Positions 30,523 to 40,100 of a stretch of DNA of 42,288 bases are shown piece by piece. The stretch lies in IMG/VR virus record IMGVR_UViG_3300027726_000002. One strand, 5' to 3'. The notes below the pieces were generated by a model, which saw nothing but the letters and a program-made list of their open reading frames with translations, searched no databases and was not told the origin of the DNA. Both the position numbers and the translations under genes were made by a program. Origin of the DNA: a virus. The first letter of the stretch is position 1, and each line of letters begins with the position of its first letter.

Positions 30523-32000
30523 ATCTTCACCGCCAACTTTTTCAAATCACTTTTGCTGATAAATCCCCAACTATGCCCCACTTCAATCCGCACATCTTCC
30601 CCAAATACGGTAACACTGATCTGTTTCTCAGAAACTTTTCGCTGTGACTGAAAACTTTCTCTCATGCTGATGTCTTTCGTCCGGTATTCCAGGCTGTCCG
30701 GGCGGGCTTGATACACCCCCATCACCAGGGGCAGGTGGTAGAAGTTCTTTTCCCGCGCACATCTCAACCAGAAGTCATAGTCCATTGCCGATGTCAGGCT
30801 TTCATCGAACCACCCCACCCGCTGATGCAGGGATGCCCGGTATAGTGGTTGTGGGCCAATGAAACAATTCCGCCCCAATGCTTCCCGGCTGTAGTCCGGC
30901 CAGATATATACCCCCGGTTGGCCTTCGTGTCTTCCCCCCACCACCTCCGGGTTATTGGCTACAAAAGTATCATATGGGATGTTTGGCTCCCAACTGACGA
31001 ACACATCCGCATAGACCAAATCAATGTCTGGTCTGCCATCCATGAAGTCCGCCATGATCCCCAATGTGTTCTTCTTCAGCCGGTCGTCTGTGCAGGCGGG
31101 GATGATGTACTTCCCCCGTGCTTTCTTTGCGCCCAGGTTCCAGGCGGTTGCCAGGTTGGGGACATCCGGGGTGGTGATGAGCTGCTCCACCTTCCATGCC
31201 TTTGCCACTTCCTCTTCCATCCCCCCTTTTTGGCAAACGACCACGATCTCAATCGGTTCGCTCTGGTTGCGCAAATCGCGCAAACATTCCTCAATATAGG
31301 GTTCTGCATAATAGGCGGATACCACCGCGCTCACCCGGTATCGTGGCCCCAGAACATGCGCCATGGGCAGCACGGGGAATATTTCTAATTCCGTTTTCTC
31401 CGAGCAATTGATAATATGCCGTCCATGCTTCTGATAATAATTGCTGGCTAAGCTGTAAGCCAGTTCGCTCATTCTCAAATCGGGGGTGTGCCACTCGTAC
31501 CCCGTGAAGTAGTCCGGGTGGAAATGTACCCGGTCTTCGCCTTCGAATACTTCCCGTTCGTTCGGGCTTCCGGTGTCCCCGTAGTCGTGGTCTACCCCCA
31601 GCAGGATCACCTGTTCAAATCCCATGTAGAATGCCAGTTGCAGGGCGACATAGGTGACGGTATACCCCTCCCAAATGGCTTTTTCGGGGGAGTAAAAGCC
31701 GGGGTTCGCTTCTCCGGTATCCAGGGTGATGACTTTCCCCCTTTGGTTTTGGACCACCCCCCTGCCACTTAGAAACTTATCGCAGTCAAGGTTCCCGATC
31801 TCGTCCCCGAATTGGTTGAGTACCAGGCTGTTGACACATACGTAATAATCCGGGGTATATCCTGAAAGATATATCCTGTTTGTTCCGAACACAAGTTCGC
31901 CATTCAACTGGCTGAAGTCAAAACCCTTCAGGGATGGGCCATTTCCGAGGATAAAGCATCTGCCCCGGTGAATGTTTTTGTAGTCGGTGATGTATTGCAT
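30519..32000 (-). CDS. Two-domain glycosyltransferase: MptE/Maf/sialyltransferase-like (DUF115) N-domain plus GT2 C-domain
   Basis: The N-domain has CFILGNGPSLKGFDF, YVALQLAFYMGFEQVILLGVDHDY and VHFHPDYF. These compare with the GNGPSL and G(I/V)D signatures of Maf/Cst-type nonulosonic-acid transferases. The C-domain has VSAVVSAYYAEPYIEECLRDL and YIIPACTDDR (GT2). The start is taken at ATG 32000 (MQYITDY) with SD AAGAAAGAGGACA. Confidence 0.65.
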   Translation of the reverse strand: MQYITDYKNIHRGRCFILGNGPSLKGFDFSQLNGELVFGTNRIYLSGYTPDYYVCVNSLVLNQFGDEIGNLDCDKFLSGRGVVQNQRGKVITLDTGEANPGFYSPEKAIWEGYTVTYVALQLAFYMGFEQVILLGVDHDYGDTGSPNEREVFEGEDRVHFHPDYFTGYEWHTPDLRMSELAYSLASNYYQKHGRHIINCSEKTELEIFPVLPMAHVLGPRYRVSAVVSAYYAEPYIEECLRDLRNQSEPIEIVVVCQKGGMEEEVAKAWKVEQLITTPDVPNLATAWNLGAKKARGKYIIPACTDDRLKKNTLGIMADFMDGRPDIDLVYADVFVSWEPNIPYDTFVANNPEVVGGRHEGQPGVYIWPDYSREALGRNCFIGPQPLYRASLHQRVGWFDESLTSAMDYDFWLRCAREKNFYHLPLVMGVYQARPDSLEYRTKDISMRESFQSQRKVSEKQISVTVFGEDVRIEVGHSWGFISKSDLKKLAVKI

Positions 32001-32013
32001 TGTCCTCTTTCTT

Positions 32014-32048
32014 ATCAAAATAGCCCGCCCACTAGATAGCAGGCGGGC
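32014..32048 (-). terminator. Rho-independent terminator after the capsid gene set
   Basis: The minus strand reads GCCCGCC, a 12-nt loop and GGCGGGC, followed by TATTTTGAT. The hairpin (32023-32048) starts 26 nt after the stop of 32075..32431. Confidence 0.6.
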
Positions 32049-32074
32049 CTGGGTAATAAGTGATCTACCCCGTC

Positions 32075-32431
32075 TTAGAACTTGGTATATTCGCCGCCAA
32101 GTTCAGGGTAAACCGAGTAGGTGAAGTTGGGCGATGTGCCAGCCAGGGTGGAGTAGTACCGGCGATAGCGGGCGTCAGATTTGCCCGTCACGCGGTGGAT
32201 CCCCGCGGCAGTGGTCAGGGTCGGGAAGCTAACAAAGTCCCGCCAGGTCGAGTTGTTGTCGCTCTCCTGGATTTTGACGGCTAACGTTCCAGTTGCGCCG
32301 GTGAGGGTGGTGCAGTTCAACACATACGTGATCGGGTTGACATCCGCTCCGCCGAAATCAACGCCGGTTGCGCTGGTGACGCTGGAGGTTTGCGCTCCAG
32401 AGGTTTTAAGCACGAGATTTGCATCTAACAT
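32075..32431 (-). CDS. Ser/Thr-rich 118-aa beta protein directly after the major capsid gene (decoration protein candidate)
   Basis: The start is taken at ATG 32431 with SD GGAGGATGAA; the MCP stop lies inside this SD. S/T-rich tracts: KTSGAQTSSVTSATG, TTLTGATGT, PTLTTAAG, STLAGTSPNFTYS. Confidence 0.55.
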   Translation of the reverse strand: MLDANLVLKTSGAQTSSVTSATGVDFGGADVNPITYVLNCTTLTGATGTLAVKIQESDNNSTWRDFVSFPTLTTAAGIHRVTGKSDARYRRYYSTLAGTSPNFTYSVYPELGGEYTKF

Positions 32432-32441
32432 TTCATCCTCC

Positions 32442-33422
32442 TTACGCGGCCACGATGCCATGAATGCGGCCAACCGAGAACGGCGAGACCATGTAGATGC
32501 CGGGCGTCCAGTCAATCGTCACCCGGTAGGCGTTCCCAGCTTGCAGCAGGCCGATGTCCTGAACATCAATCGGGTAGACCTGGAAACCGTTAACGTATTC
32601 TCCGCCGTATTTTACGGAGTAAATCGAGCTACATGCTCCGCCGGTAAGAGCAGTTCCATCAGCCAATTCAGCCACACCCAACACCTGGGCGGTCAAATCC
32701 AGCGGGTCAGTTACCCCCGCTTCCATGATCTTCGGGCCGCCTTCGCCAAACGTGGCAAACGTGCGACCATAGCTGTCGGTCGTGGTTCCCAACATGCCGG
32801 ATTGGCGCATGGCCGATTCAAAGCGCAGTTTCAGGGTGCGCCCCATATAGAGAATATCCGGCCCGCCATCGCCGTGACCGGTGACATCCATCAGTTGATG
32901 GACGTAATCGACCAGTTTGATTTTGTCAGCCGCCAGGGTTGCGCTGTCCGGGGAGATGTCAATACTCCCGGCTGCAATAGACTGCGCCGAGGGCAGGTAG
33001 TTGACCAGTCGATACCACAACCCGGTTAAAGAGTCGTAATCGCTGGTCGGTGTGCCGTTGAAGAAGACGTTGTTGAAATACGCGCCCATGGCCTTGGTGA
33101 ACATCGAGACTTGCAGCGCCTTCTGATCCACCTGCGTTTTGGCTTTCATCAGGGTCTTGTCGATGTCGATGTATCCACCGAAGTTGATGATCCGGTCTTT
33201 CACCGGTTCAATCTGGCCTTTGCTCTCGGTGAACGTGCCGCCAATTTTGCGGCTGTACACGGTCGGCAGGCTCTTGGTGCGCAAGAGTTCAATGTCAAGC
33301 GTGCCTTCGTCACTGAATGAAAGGCTGTCCAGGATGGGCGATGCCATCCGCAGAATGTCAATCACGCCCGCCTTCAGCGGAGATTCCGCCAGTCGTGCGT
33401 AATCGGCTAAAGTATATGCCAT
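32442..33422 (-). CDS. Major capsid protein (HK97-fold type, putative)
   Basis: 326 aa, immediately after the scaffold gene, with SD GGAGGGTAACAAC. The N-terminal pattern LADYARLAESPLKAGVIDILRMASPILDSLSF...LPTVYSRKIG is typical of capsid families. The gene is bracketed by an internal promoter and a terminator. Confidence 0.7.
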   Translation of the reverse strand: MAYTLADYARLAESPLKAGVIDILRMASPILDSLSFSDEGTLDIELLRTKSLPTVYSRKIGGTFTESKGQIEPVKDRIINFGGYIDIDKTLMKAKTQVDQKALQVSMFTKAMGAYFNNVFFNGTPTSDYDSLTGLWYRLVNYLPSAQSIAAGSIDISPDSATLAADKIKLVDYVHQLMDVTGHGDGGPDILYMGRTLKLRFESAMRQSGMLGTTTDSYGRTFATFGEGGPKIMEAGVTDPLDLTAQVLGVAELADGTALTGGACSSIYSVKYGGEYVNGFQVYPIDVQDIGLLQAGNAYRVTIDWTPGIYMVSPFSVGRIHGIVAA

Positions 33423-33447
33423 GTTGTTACCCTCCGTTGGTTAAGGG

Positions 33448-34089
33448 TCAGAGACCTTTCGATCTGAAATGTTCAGATATCAGGTCCAACCCGCTTTTGC
33501 CTGAGTATGGTGATGTCGGCCCGCCCGCCCCAGATAATCCGGGGGTGCTGGTCGCATCTTTCACGGGGGATTTTTCACGCGCTTTCTTGACTTCAATGGC
33601 AGCCGGCAATGATTTGAGGAATTTGTAGGGGTCGCTCATGTCAATGAGTTTCGCTTCCGGGTCATTATCGTAGATGACCACCCCAGCCTCATCCATCATT
33701 TGCTGCGCCACTTTGGTAATCGGATCGACCAATGAGGGGTCTGTCAGTGTGGACGGTGGTTGGCCTTCCCCCGCCGCTGAGTTTTCCTCGGTAAGAACCT
33801 GGTCAGTAACTTGCTGCTCCAGCGCCGCTTTCTGATTTCCATCCAGCGTCACGCCTGCTTTGGTAAGCTGCTGTTCAAGTTTTGTTACCTCGCTCCGAAT
33901 GCGTGTGTTTGTTTTTGTGATCAGACCTTGCGCCCGGCGGAATGCTTTTTCTTCTGCTTCTCCCACCAGTTTTAAGACTTCATCACGGGTGACTGTCGGT
34001 TGAGTTGCAGCCTCGCTCTGTCCCGTTGCCGGGGGAGTACCCGTTTGGCCTGCGGGCGGTGCAACAACTTTCAATTCTTGCCCTTCCAT
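33448..34089 (-). CDS. Scaffolding protein
   Basis: 213 aa, acidic, with long coiled-coil heptads (EEKAFRRAQGLITKTNTRIRSEVTKLEQQLTKAG). It is immediately upstream of the capsid gene and has the strong SD GAAGGAGGATT. Confidence 0.65.
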   Translation of the reverse strand: MEGQELKVVAPPAGQTGTPPATGQSEAATQPTVTRDEVLKLVGEAEEKAFRRAQGLITKTNTRIRSEVTKLEQQLTKAGVTLDGNQKAALEQQVTDQVLTEENSAAGEGQPPSTLTDPSLVDPITKVAQQMMDEAGVVIYDNDPEAKLIDMSDPYKFLKSLPAAIEVKKAREKSPVKDATSTPGLSGAGGPTSPYSGKSGLDLISEHFRSKGL

Positions 34090-34105
34090 AATCCTCCTTC
34101 ATCCG

Positions 34106-34154
34106 ATTAATCAGATTAATGCTATTATACAACAATCGCTTGTAAATTACAAGT
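34106..34154 (-). promoter_or_regulatory. Internal capsid promoter P-late2: same palindrome/-35/-10/ATTAAT architecture as P-late1
   Basis: The minus strand reads ACTTGTAATTTACAAG-CGATTGTTG-TATAAT-AGC-ATTAAT-CTG-ATTAAT. The -35 TTGTAA is plus 34147-34152, the spacer is 17 nt and the -10 is plus 34124-34129. The palindrome begins at the last base of the giant-ORF stop codon. Confidence 0.55.
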
Positions 34155-37100
34155 TATTGCTGATAAGAAAATAGTTCCAATACCTGCGCCAACCACGCGT
34201 CATAGGGCAGGCCGCTCTTTTCCTTTTTCCACAGGGAGTAGAGTTCTGCCCGCGCGCCTTCGCCCAGCGGTTTGCCGGTCAGGGTGTGGGCGAATAGTTC
34301 TGTGCTGACATATCCATCGAACAGGTTGCTATCCACCCGGTATCCGGCGGTGTAGTCATCTCCCAATACTGCCTTTGCTATCGTGTCGCTGCTCTTGACA
34401 TGGGGGATAATTTCCGGTGATTGCGCCAGCCGTGCTTTCTGCCAGTCCCAGTATTGCCGTAATTCCGGGTGGTCCAACAGGTAGGCTTTGCGAGCTGCCC
34501 CGGTCAATGAATAATACTTGTCCTGGGTCAGTCCGATCTTGGGGAAGTATTGGGCTTTCTCACCTTTGTATGCGTACACCTGCGTCAAGATTTCTTCCGG
34601 GACGCCGGATAAGCGGCTCTCTTCTCCGATCATATACGGGATCAGGTCGGGGTTTTCTGCGATGAACATATCCCGCCATTCCTGGTATTCGGTCAGCATG
34701 GGGTTATTCTGTCTGAACTGATCTTGCATGGCCGGGGGCAGTTTGTAGTACATGCTCTGGATCAGGTCGATATTCGGGAATTGTGTCTTGCGAGTTTCCA
34801 GGTAGGTGCTGTATGCTCCGCTTTCGGCCTGGCCGGGCAGTTCCAAACTCCCTTGTGGCACGGCGGGGGCGGTGTCTGGCACTTTGCCGCCTAATAGCTG
34901 CGTCCATTCCGTGATCGTTGCCAAATCAATTGCATCGTAAGAGCGGGTTTCTTTATTCAGGAACGCTTCCTGGAACAGTTCTCCCAGTTGGTCGGTCGCT
35001 TCCCGTCGTTCCAGTTCGCTCAGGCCATTGTAGGCGTCCCAGATGGATCCAATCAGGTAGCGTTTCACCCGTTCTTCCGGGTCGTCCCAGTTGGTGAGCA
35101 TCATCCGGGCTTCGTATTCCGGGTTGGCGTCAAAGAATTCTGCCACTGTCCCGTTTTCTATCGCCTGGCTGAATTCCTGTTGCAGTATCCGCTGTTCTTG
35201 TTCGCCTTCCGGGAACAAGTCAAGTGATAGGGTGGCAGTATACGACTTGACCGCCGCTTGCTTTCCCGTCCGGCTCATCGCTTCCTGCCACAATTCCCCC
35301 TGCTGGTCTACCATTGCCAGCATCACCTCTTCTATGTTCGCTTCCCCGTTTGCGACCATGTTCGATAATTCCCGTTCGATGTAGTAATTGAACAGGAACC
35401 CGCGCTCCGGCGCGCCGAGGGCTTTCTGTAACCACCCACCCGCATTCACTCCGCCGGGGGTAAAAAAGCTGGTGATGTTGGTGACGGCTTGCAGAGAAGG
35501 CGGGGCTTTGATCTTGCTTTCCCGCCCCATGATTTTCTGGTAGGCAACTTGCAGCGGCCAGCTAAACCCGCTCATGGTGTTCACCAGGTCAATCGGGTTG
35601 GCGATCTCCGCTTCCACTTCCATCTGCGCCTGGGTGATGGCTTTCTCCCATATCGGGCCGGCTTTGTTGTTCAGGGCTTCGCTCATCTGCGCCTGGGTGA
35701 TCTGCCCGTCTTCCGCCATTTGTCGAATCAGGAATTGCGCCTTACTGATCCGGTTGGCTTCATCCTGTTGCAGTGGTCGCATGGTCTGATTCAACATCTG
35801 TTCAAAGCTAAACATCCGTTTGAGCGGGTCAACGTAGATGGTATTCCCCCACCCTTCCGGCAACCACGGGAATGGGATAGACATCTTGCCGCGCAATCGC
35901 GCCGGGAACCCGGGCATCTGTTTGCTCATCCGCTCCTGGGCGTCTCTTATCCGGCTGTATTGGGAGAGATAAGCGGGGTGATCAATCGCCCGCATCGCCC
36001 ATTCCATCGCGCTCCGGGTAAACCAGAACTGATAGGGGAAGACGATCCCCGCTATGTTGTCCGCGCCATAGCGTTTGGTGTAGTCGAGCAGGGCAATGTC
36101 CCGGTTTACTTTTGCGTATCGTGTAGCTGTCAGTTTGGCGTCTGTCAGTTTGGCGTATTGTGTTTCGAGATATCTTCTTACCTCCTTCACCTGTTCTGGG
36201 GATAGGTTGGCGTCTTTCAAATTCACGGCATTGCCGGTGTCGCCCTTCATCCGTCCCTGCATGGTGTCAATCAAATGATAGATGGTTTCGTTCCATCCGC
36301 TTTCGAAGAGTTTCCCGATGTCCTGGGGGTATAGTCCGGTGACGGTTCCGGGGGGAGCGTCACCAACAGGGTTGGGGTTGGGGTTTGCCGTTTCGCTGAC
36401 TTCCCCGCCCCATTCCTCCACTTTCGCTTGTATCGTTTCCCGTTCCAGTTCTTCAATCCGCCCGGCCATCTCCTCTAATGTTGGCTCTTCCAGAAGTGCG
36501 AATGGTGCGGGGGTGATTGGTTCTTCAATGGTCACTTCTTCAATGGGTGGGGGTTGGGTCGCTTCCACCTGTGGCGCTTCTACCTTTGGCGGGGTGGGCT
36601 GCGAATACTTCGCCGCCAGGTCTGGGTAGTCTGCCAGCACTTCAGCAGGAACGGGCTTGCCTTCGGAGAGGGCGCGCTCAACAAATGCTGCGTGAAGCTC
36701 GAATAAATCATCTGCGCTAATACCGTTCAGGTATTCTGAGCTGTAATTCCCCATAGGCGTTGCTTTGCCGCTATTTACATCAATAAACCACTTCTTCCCG
36801 TACTTTTGAAACGTATCAACTAGATAGGGGAATTCTTCTCTTGAATAGATTCTTGTTTCGCCATCAATTATTTCGACGGGAGTATATAACTTGTAGAACT
36901 TCTCAGAAGTTAAAGCATGCGGATCAATTGAGTTGAATAATTGTCTGTAGTATTGCGACATAGCCCAATCAAATACAGCTCGTTCGGTAAACTCGATGTC
37001 ATCCCCAAAATATTTCTTTTGGAGATTTTTTATATTATTTGTGATTTCACCTTTCGACATTTCAAGTAACTGTTCTATGCTTAATAGATCGTTACTTTCA

Positions 37101-40100
37101 GCCAATCTATCGGCAAATGGTTTTACATAGTCATCATAAACAGGGCTAAAAGTTTTTGTTGATGACCCACTAGCCGCCGCCTGCTCCGGCATCTCAGCCG
37201 CCCGCTCTGCTTCCACCTGTGGCTGGGTGGCTTCAGTCTGCAAAAATGGAATTGAATCATCAACAACCACCTCTGGTTGGGGAGGTTGCTTCTTCGCTTG
37301 CATCTCATCCATGATGTCCAACAGACGAGCAAATCCCTCCTCCGATCCAGCCAGCTTAACCATTTCATCATAGGGCATGGGCGTGCCGTTCGCTTCGTAC
37401 AAGTCCATCCACTGTACTAATGCATCCGCCGCCCCTTCCATATCGCCTAAAAACGTCAGGATTTTGGGGTCTGGGGGAGTTTGCCCGGCAAGTTCACTTT
37501 CAGCGCCATTTATCAAACGATCAAGTAACAGGTCTTTGACTTCTCGCACATTCTTATAGCGAACGTCATCCTTCCCCTTGTCCTCAATGATCCGCTCCAG
37601 GGCTGTGTAAACCGCTTTCTTGTTCAGCTTCTTATCGAAGTACAGGTCTCGATACCATTGCGCATTTGTTGATGGCTGCCCCGTGACAATGGGCTGGCTC
37701 TGGTAGTCCACCCAAGTGAATACCCGCTTGCCCGCTTCGCCTTGTTTGAGTTCTTCCAACATCATCTCGGCTTCTGCTTTTACTGCTTCCGAGATTTCCG
37801 GTGGCATTTCTCCGCGGGTCTGGTCGAATAGTTCCTCGCGTTTGATGGCGAATTCTGACTTTGGTGGCTCCACGGCTGGCGTCTCTACCACTCTTGCCGC
37901 TTCCATCTCCACCCGCGGTGCTTTCGCTTTTGCTCTTTCTTCAAACGCCTGCCGCACCTGATCCGGCGATAAGTCTGCAACCCGACTCGTGTCTGTACCA
38001 AGATACTTATTTACCGTAGCAAGTAAATGTCTATCAAATCCGGGGTCAGGTGATCCGTCTGCCTTCGCGCTTGCCAATCCATACTCACTGGCAATCTGCC
38101 GTATCTGGTTGACTGTACCCATCTCATCCGGGGTCAGGCCGTGTTTCTTCACCACCACATCAGCCCGGGCCTGCTCCAACCACTCCGCCCTCGCAGTGCT
38201 TACAATCTCTTCCGCGCTCTTGATGGGGGCGGGGGCTTCTTTCGGGGTGGCTGCGCTTGCCAGTTTATAAACCTCATGCGCGCCGGTGATGTTCTGATGC
38301 ATCCGTTCCACAATGGCGGGCTTGTATTCCTCGGTCAGAAACTTGTCCCACGCTGCCCGCTTTTCTTCGGGCTTCTTGATCTGGTCAACTTCTTCCCGGT
38401 GCGCCAACATTCTCTGGGTCATGTCCTCCCGGATATTTGCCACGCCTTCCCGCCAGGTCTGGGCAATCTTGCTTACCTCCGGCCCATACCACGCTTCCAG
38501 CGTCTTCACCAGTTCTGCATCCAGCTTGCGTTGCAATTCCAGTTCAACCCTGGTGGCGTCCTGGAATGCCGCCCGCACTTTCGCCCGCACTTCATCCCGC
38601 ACAATTGCCCATTCGGGGGTGTCCTTAGATTTCTTGGCGTCTTTCCACAAGTCCCATTTCAGCTTATGGAATTCAGACCAGTTCTTTTCCTGGTCGATCA
38701 GGTTGAGTTCCAGGGTCTTGGCGTATTGTCCATCAATCCCCAGTTGTTCGGTGATCCCCACGTAATTTGCCCGGCGTCTCTTCCAGCTTCGTTTGTGCGC
38801 CGCATCGGATAGGCTGCGCTGGTTCTTCAACATCCGCCCAAACTCTTCCGGGGTCATCATGTCTTGCAGTTCGTACACCCGCTCCCAACCATCATACCCG
38901 CCAATGTGGGTGGTGGCCTCGTCCAGGGCGGCTTCATCGTACAGGTCAACGATCCCCAGCGGGCCTTCGGTCTTGGCGATGTTCGCCGCTTTCTCGGCTT
39001 CGGCTTTTATTCTCAGGTCTGTCCATTCGTCCATCTTTTCCGAGATGTGATTCGCCAGTCCTGCAAATGCTTTGTCGATGTCTGCATCGGTGGCATTTTC
39101 CGGGATGTTGTCTTTCAGGTAGTCATACGCCCCGGTTTTCTGCATGGCATCCCGCGCCATCGCATCATCCACGCCCAGGGTTTCGGACGCTTCTCCGAGG
39201 ATTTCATCAACCGTCTTTTTTCCGGCTGCTTCCCAGATGCTTTTTTCAATCTGCGCTTTGCTTACCCCGCTGGCAATCTTGCGCTCGATCACCTTCGCCA
39301 GTCCGGGCTGAATGCCATCCAGCGATCTTTCCAGGCCGGGGGGTATCCGGTCAAATCCCTTCCCAGGTCGCCACAGGTAGTTCATCGCCTGTCTTACGCC
39401 ATGATACATGGCCGTGTCGGTTGACCACCCTTCCAGTTTGGAGGACGCGTTGGAGAATAACCCGAATCTGCGTCGGCCAGAGCGTACCAGTTTATTAAAG
39501 TCCTCCAGTTTTCCGGGCTGTACCCCGGCTTCGTCAATTGCGCCTTTGACGTTCTTCTCCCGGCTGATAAACGTCTCTTCCATCCGGGGGGATTTAACCC
39601 CAAACTCTGACCAGAACGCATCCCGCCGCCCTTTGGTATCGAAGTCCAATACACCTTCATAGGCCAGCTTGACGATGTTATCCATCCCGTTTTCAAACAG
39701 GTAATTCGGGGATCCGTCCAGCATAAAGATGCCCTGGACGTTCTTCACGGTGTTGCTCATGCGGATTGTCCAGTGGTCGGGCTTCACCCCAAAATATTCC
39801 GCCGTCCATTTCTCGATGTGATCCATCATGCCGGTATAGTATCGCCCCATGAATTCGCTCTCAGTCAGCGGGGCTTTGTCTTTCAAATACGTTTTGGCAA
39901 AGTCCTGCAAGGTCTTTCCACTGAAGTCGCCTGCATCAAACGCCTGGACGATTGTACTTGCAGCTTCATCCCCCGATTGGCGGGCGGCTTCTACAAACTG
40001 TTTTGCCAGGATGTCCGATTCTTTTCCGCTTACATCGTCCAGCGATTTCAACACATCATCAATACTTCGCCCACTTACCTTCGCAACTTTCGCAAGGATG

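Noticed and set aside
32181-33029. Large antisense ORFs opposite well-supported genes, for example 32181..33029(+), 7610..8290(+), 10448..11125(+), 17853..18512(+), 35489..36205(+), 38141..38812(+), 38767..39498(+) and 8480..8914(-).
   Set aside because: Each lies entirely inside a motif-supported or synteny-supported gene on the other strand. Each lacks an SD and encodes Arg/Pro/Gly/His-rich low-complexity sequence typical of shadow frames in moderately GC-rich DNA.
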